Virus record (IMG/VR): IMGVR_UViG_3300001213_000018
Direction: 5' to 3' (one strand)
DNA from: a virus
Length of the DNA: 17,821 nt
Shown here: positions 13,959 to 17,821 of the stretch, piece by piece
Numbering within the stretch: position 1 is the stretch's first letter
Layout of the letters: each line of letters starts with the position of its first letter
Position numbers and translations under genes: made by a program
Notes under the pieces: generated by a model
The model's database searches: none
What the model saw: the letters and a program-made list of their open reading frames with translations, nothing else
Told to the model about the DNA's origin: nothing

Positions 13959-14167
13959 TTTCCGGCTCCATCAATTGCAAGTTTGAGTCGGGTTAGGTCA
14001 AGGATGCTGTGTCCCCGGACGGTCATTTCCATGACGAATTCGGCGGCGTTCAACCGAATCCCTTCCCACATTTGTGCTTCGGTGATGTTCTGTCCCTGAT
14101 GCAGTCCAAGTGTAGCCATTACACACTCAGAGAGTTCCATCGCCGACCCTTCATACCAGACAATCAT
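13955..14167 (-). CDS. Small hypothetical protein, 70 aa (MIVWYEGSAMELSECVMATLG...).
   Basis: ATG at 14165-14167 with SD GGAGGG at 4-5-nt spacing. ATGA overlap with the upstream gene. Preferred over the ORF-track start at 14203. Confidence 0.45.
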   Translation of the reverse strand: MIVWYEGSAMELSECVMATLGLHQGQNITEAQMWEGIRLNAAEFVMEMTVRGHSILDLTRLKLAIDGAGK

Positions 14168-14673
14168 TTGCCCTCCAACTTGACCCAAAGCAGATGCGGC
14201 CAAGGTGCCAGACGTTCGAGTTGTGCATAGCAGGTCGCGGTCTTGGCAGCTTGCTCTCGTGCATCGTACATGGCCTTTAGCTCAGGCCACTTGGCGAACT
14301 GGTCTTTGGTTGCTTTCTTCACACGAGCCGGGGCTCCCTTGTCCGTTTCATGCCAGCGATAGCGGAACTTGATTGTCACAGGGGTGGCATCGTTGATTTT
14401 CTTGGCAGCGGCGTAGACGCCGGTCTCGCCCCGGTAAGGGCCGACAGCCATCAACTCGTAGCGATGCCCGTCAATCTTGGACATGCGGGTAGGGCGGGAA
14501 CCGTCTGCGGTCTTCATACAGCCATGATTCTTGCCACCACAAGAGCAGCGGCAGATTTCCTCACGAGCGTGCCAACAGGCTTCCCCGCAAGTAGCTTCAG
14601 TCAGGAAGGCGATAATGGGGCTCATCCCGGCTGCGATGTTTTTCTCGATAGGATTAAGCAGCTTGGTATCCAT
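14164..14673 (-). CDS. Cys/His-rich hypothetical protein, 169 aa (CGEACWH...CRCSCGGKNHGC), translated from a leaderless transcript.
   Basis: ATG at 14671-14673 lies 6 nt after the -10 hexamer of P4. No SD is possible at that distance. Confidence 0.55.
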   Translation of the reverse strand: MDTKLLNPIEKNIAAGMSPIIAFLTEATCGEACWHAREEICRCSCGGKNHGCMKTADGSRPTRMSKIDGHRYELMAVGPYRGETGVYAAAKKINDATPVTIKFRYRWHETDKGAPARVKKATKDQFAKWPELKAMYDAREQAAKTATCYAQLERLAPWPHLLWVKLEGK

Positions 14674-14679
14674 ACATAC

Positions 14680-14730
14680 AGTATACCGGGATGTACACCT
14701 TTTTGGCTACTTTTTGGGGGAATTTTTTGT
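14680..14730 (-). promoter_or_regulatory. Conserved promoter copy P4: -10 TATACT at 14680-14685, -35 TAGCCA at 14704-14709, 18-nt spacer, A/T tract at 14711-14730.
   Basis: Minus-strand reading: ACAAAAAATTCCCCCAAAAAGTAGCCAAAAAGGTGTACATCCCGGTATACTGTATGTATG. The upstream gene's TAG stop is embedded in the -35 element. Confidence 0.6.
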
Positions 14731-15138
14731 AGACTTGACGAGCACAACATACTCCATGCAGATTTCATCCCACCGCTGAAGGGTGCCCCGGTAACCCAAT
14801 TGCTTGACAATGGCATACGACGGGCGGACGACATCCATCCAGATGGTCTCGCGGGGAGGGCGTATCAATTGTGTACCCACCCAGCGGAATTTGGGCTGGG
14901 ATGGGTTGTGCGGGTCTCGACACTCAGCCTGACGCCTCAGGAACTCCTCAGCGGTCTCCTGAGCCACTTTGATGATACCGGGGATGTCCCCTAGCTGCGA
15001 GTCAGGCGGGGGCTCGGGGAGGGAATCCATGAATTCCTGACTGGTGATGTCCACACCGCAAGCTTTGCAAATCCCCTCATCGGTGATTTCGTCATGGCCG
15101 CAATCTAACATATTTTTCAATACTGAATCCTTGGGCAT
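14707..15138 (-). CDS. Hypothetical protein with an N-terminal zinc-ribbon-like motif (CGHDEITDEGICKACG), 143-146 aa.
   Basis: ATG at 15136-15138 (GTG at 15147 is an alternative). There is no SD. A CAATAT hexamer lies 5-6 nt upstream of the GTG, so this could be another leaderless start in the divergent region. Confidence 0.45.
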   Translation of the reverse strand: MPKDSVLKNMLDCGHDEITDEGICKACGVDITSQEFMDSLPEPPPDSQLGDIPGIIKVAQETAEEFLRRQAECRDPHNPSQPKFRWVGTQLIRPPRETIWMDVVRPSYAIVKQLGYRGTLQRWDEICMEYVVLVKSTKNSPKK

Positions 15139-15171
15139 GGGGAGCACCCCCTATATTGAAAAGAGAAAATC

Positions 15172-16215
15172 ATGAAAGATTTGAACGTACTGGAGTTCTC
15201 AGAAATCGAACTCGGTATTAAACTGTATCCTCTCCAAAAGACCCTGCTAAAAATTATCTTCGGGGTTCCTCTCGACTACCAACCTCAGACAATTGATGTT
15301 TGGGACGACCTTCACGAGTATAAACTATACACCCTCTCTGAACCCGACTACTTGAAGATGTGTTTGGAAGAGTGTAGGTGCAACTACGGTGACTGGCGTT
15401 CACTACCAGCCAACGGCTTCAACGAGGCCCACTTATTCCAAGGACGCCGTGGCGGGAAATCTACTCTACTCATGGTCGCCTCAGCGTACAAGTTGTACCA
15501 TACTCTTCAACTCGGAGACCCACAGAGATTCTTCAATTTGATTCCCGGCGCTCAGATTGACCTAACCCTCGTCGGAATGGATGATAACAGCATACAGCGG
15601 ATGCACCAAAACCTGTATGACCTTGTTAACTATCAGAGGGTCACCCGCGAAGGTACATGGAACGGTGGATTCTTTTCTCCCTATATGGCATCCTTCAACC
15701 CCGGTAGGAGCATAAAGTTTTTCACGGAGGCGGACAGGCGGGGTAAGAATCTTTACGCTTCAATCAATGTTGGAGCAATACCAGCCACCAGCAATTCCTC
15801 TCGCGGTGTGTCCAGCATCGGGCTCTTCCTCGATGAGTTTGCTCATTACAAGAAGGCTGGGGATTTGTACGATGCCGCAGTCCCATCTACCATGAACTAC
15901 CACAATGCTAGTGGAAACTATTCTCTTGTCATGTCAGCGGCATCCCCATGGTATACAAACGGGAAGATGTTTCAACTACATGAGTTGGCATTCAAGGAAT
16001 TGCAGAGTAGCGTTTTCACGCACAACGAAACCACAGCCACCCTGTGCCCCGGAGCAAGCTACATGAACTTCCGCCAACAGAAAGCGAAGGGCAATAAGTT
16101 TTTCGAGGTTGAATTCTGCGGAAAGTTTATCCACCCGCATTTTACGGGTGGACATTCGATAGAAGAATATGTTGTTACGTTCAAGGAATACTTGGAAGGG
16201 AAGGGCTCAAGATGA
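15172..16215 (+). CDS. P-loop ATPase resembling the N-terminal ATPase domain of a terminase large subunit, 347 aa. No nuclease domain is present.
   Basis: Walker A QGRRGGKST. Walker B GLFLDEFAHY (compare T4 gp17 IYIDECAF). About 35 aa downstream, LVMSAASPWYTNG resembles the TerL ATPase-coupling C-motif (T4 IIITTTPNG). It is the only convincing plus-strand gene in the window. ATG at 15172 with a weak SD AAGAGAAA. Confidence 0.55.
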   Translation: MKDLNVLEFSEIELGIKLYPLQKTLLKIIFGVPLDYQPQTIDVWDDLHEYKLYTLSEPDYLKMCLEECRCNYGDWRSLPANGFNEAHLFQGRRGGKSTLLMVASAYKLYHTLQLGDPQRFFNLIPGAQIDLTLVGMDDNSIQRMHQNLYDLVNYQRVTREGTWNGGFFSPYMASFNPGRSIKFFTEADRRGKNLYASINVGAIPATSNSSRGVSSIGLFLDEFAHYKKAGDLYDAAVPSTMNYHNASGNYSLVMSAASPWYTNGKMFQLHELAFKELQSSVFTHNETTATLCPGASYMNFRQQKAKGNKFFEVEFCGKFIHPHFTGGHSIEEYVVTFKEYLEGKGSR

Positions 16216-16229
16216 GATGAGCCTACAGC

Positions 16230-17768
16230 TTAGTTTTCCTCGTCACTGTTGCCATGAAACTCTCCTTCAAACTCCGCAACATCACTGACACTGAACAACC
16301 CGAGGTTATCAGCCTGAGCCATGTACTCACCGTACGCCGCCTCGTCTACAACGAAATCCGGGTCGGTGAAGATGGGTGTGAGAATTGAATGCAACTTACG
16401 CATGTTGAGACGGTCGGTTTCAATGTGAGGAGCCACGAGCCACTCGGTTGAACCCAGTTCATGCTCTTCGACAACACCAACGTTTGAACGCTTTTCAGCC
16501 TCCACCCACATCATGAACAGTTCCTGCTTCAGCGGGTTCTTGAGAATAGCTTGCATGATTTCAGCGTGAGGGTCAAGCTGGACATCAACCTCAGGCTCCG
16601 TGAACTGGTTAATGACCTTCGCTTCGCCGGTCGCCAGCTTAGCAAAAGTATCATGGGCCTTCTGTGAAGCGGTGGCGAGTTGCGTCTTCTCCCTCTCTTC
16701 GAAAGAGAGACCGCTGTTCTTGATGCCCTTCAGGAATTCGGTCACTTGGTCGCGAACGATGTGAAGGAAACCAAACCAGTTGGTGCCGGGGTCGTACTTA
16801 ATACCCGCGATTTCCTTTGGCTCGTAAACCAAGCGCAGGAGTTCATCGCGTTCGATGTCTGTAAGGCGGATGTCCCCGCCCAACTCTTCCTTGATAACCT
16901 TCTGGTATCCCATCTGGCGAAGAATCTTTGCAGCCGTAGCACGCAGAACTGCACGCTGTGTGAGAGCCCGTTCGAGAATGTCCACTTCGAGGAAAACGTG
17001 TGGGGTCACCCCGCCGTTCTCGTTGAGATAGGACTGCTGTCCGAGAACGTCACCTGTGTCCAATTCAATGTAAACATCAGAGATTGGTGTAACCGCGTAG
17101 TCGGCGATAAGGCCAAGTAGGTCGGCACGGAACAGGTCAAACAACCGAGTTGCAACACCATTTGGTTCCCCACCCTTGCCGAAATAGTTGGGGCACTCTT
17201 CCTTGATTAGGTTCCAAATAACATCGTCGGGTTGGTCTTTAAAGGTGCGGGGGTCAAGTGTATCCCACCCCAACATTCCTTCTGGATGACACCCACACTG
17301 CAAGTCCGCACCGGGCCTTGGAATTTCAAGACCTTCTTTTTCCACCATCTCAGGGAAAATGCGAAGGTACCAGTTGCGAAGAGCGCATTTCTTGTCCGGG
17401 TGCATCAAGATGTAATAGAAGTATCGTCCTTCGCCAAGGGTCTCGGCGTATTGTTCCAAATCTGCGATGGTACTGGTGAAAGTTCCATCACTGGAGATGT
17501 ACTGCTTGCCCACCATGGCATCCCCGCCGAAGACTGCACGACGATTGACGATGAAGGCGTTTTCGATTTTCACAAATCGGGGGTCGTGAATGAGTGCCCA
17601 AGTCGGTCCGAGGGTTTCCACATATCCCCCGTCGCCGAACACAAGAGCGTCGATAAGCTGACAGTATTCAAATTCTTCGCGAGTAACTTCTCCGGAAACA
17701 AAGCGGTACTGCCGCTTTCCTTCGTCATCCAATCCAAGCAATCTCTTTAGGCTAATATCCACAAACAA
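16230..17768 (-). CDS. Large hypothetical protein, at least 512 aa. The start is uncertain because the frame stays open to the window end.
   Basis: The ORF-track start is a TTG at 17766-17768. The GTG at 17760-17762 lies 6 nt after CTTTGAAAGGAAC, the same 13-mer and spacing that precedes the MVP ATG, so it is the likely start. An HxD...H arrangement (IHD...MHPD) is noted but not assigned to a family. Confidence 0.5.
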   Translation of the reverse strand: MFVDISLKRLLGLDDEGKRQYRFVSGEVTREEFEYCQLIDALVFGDGGYVETLGPTWALIHDPRFVKIENAFIVNRRAVFGGDAMVGKQYISSDGTFTSTIADLEQYAETLGEGRYFYYILMHPDKKCALRNWYLRIFPEMVEKEGLEIPRPGADLQCGCHPEGMLGWDTLDPRTFKDQPDDVIWNLIKEECPNYFGKGGEPNGVATRLFDLFRADLLGLIADYAVTPISDVYIELDTGDVLGQQSYLNENGGVTPHVFLEVDILERALTQRAVLRATAAKILRQMGYQKVIKEELGGDIRLTDIERDELLRLVYEPKEIAGIKYDPGTNWFGFLHIVRDQVTEFLKGIKNSGLSFEEREKTQLATASQKAHDTFAKLATGEAKVINQFTEPEVDVQLDPHAEIMQAILKNPLKQELFMMWVEAEKRSNVGVVEEHELGSTEWLVAPHIETDRLNMRKLHSILTPIFTDPDFVVDEAAYGEYMAQADNLGLFSVSDVAEFEGEFHGNSDEEN

Positions 17769-17821
17769 GTTCCTTTCAAAGTCCCAATACGGGTTCCTAA
17801 GTAAGAGAGCCCGGAAGATTG

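Noticed and set aside
1-17821. Integrase, transposase or IS element signatures
   Set aside because: No ORF shows DDE, tyrosine-recombinase or serine-recombinase motifs. The repeated 50-bp elements sit in promoter positions rather than at inverted-repeat termini.

Overview
This window looks like a piece of a large dsDNA bacteriophage or prophage genome. Almost all genes are on the minus strand and are tightly packed, with stop/start overlaps of 4, 8, 11 or 14 nt. Products I can recognise from the translations: an rIIA (GHKL ATPase) / rIIB pair, a Ku end-binding protein, an 818-aa protein with the full architecture of the eukaryotic major vault protein (MVP), a PTH2-type peptidyl-tRNA hydrolase, and on the plus strand a P-loop ATPase resembling only the N-terminal ATPase domain of a terminase large subunit. 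There are also a Tat-signal protein, a putative lipoprotein, several membrane proteins and many small Cys-rich zinc-ribbon-like proteins of unknown function. Five copies of a ~50-bp conserved sigma70-type promoter (A/T tract, T(A/G)(G/T)CCA, exactly 18 nt, TATACT) precede minus-strand transcription units. In three copies the ATG lies 6 nt after the -10 hexamer, implying leaderless mRNAs. No tRNA, rRNA, CRISPR array or obvious transposase was seen. The MVP homologue is the most unusual element. Long plus-strand ORFs in the track are mostly antisense shadows of the minus-strand genes.
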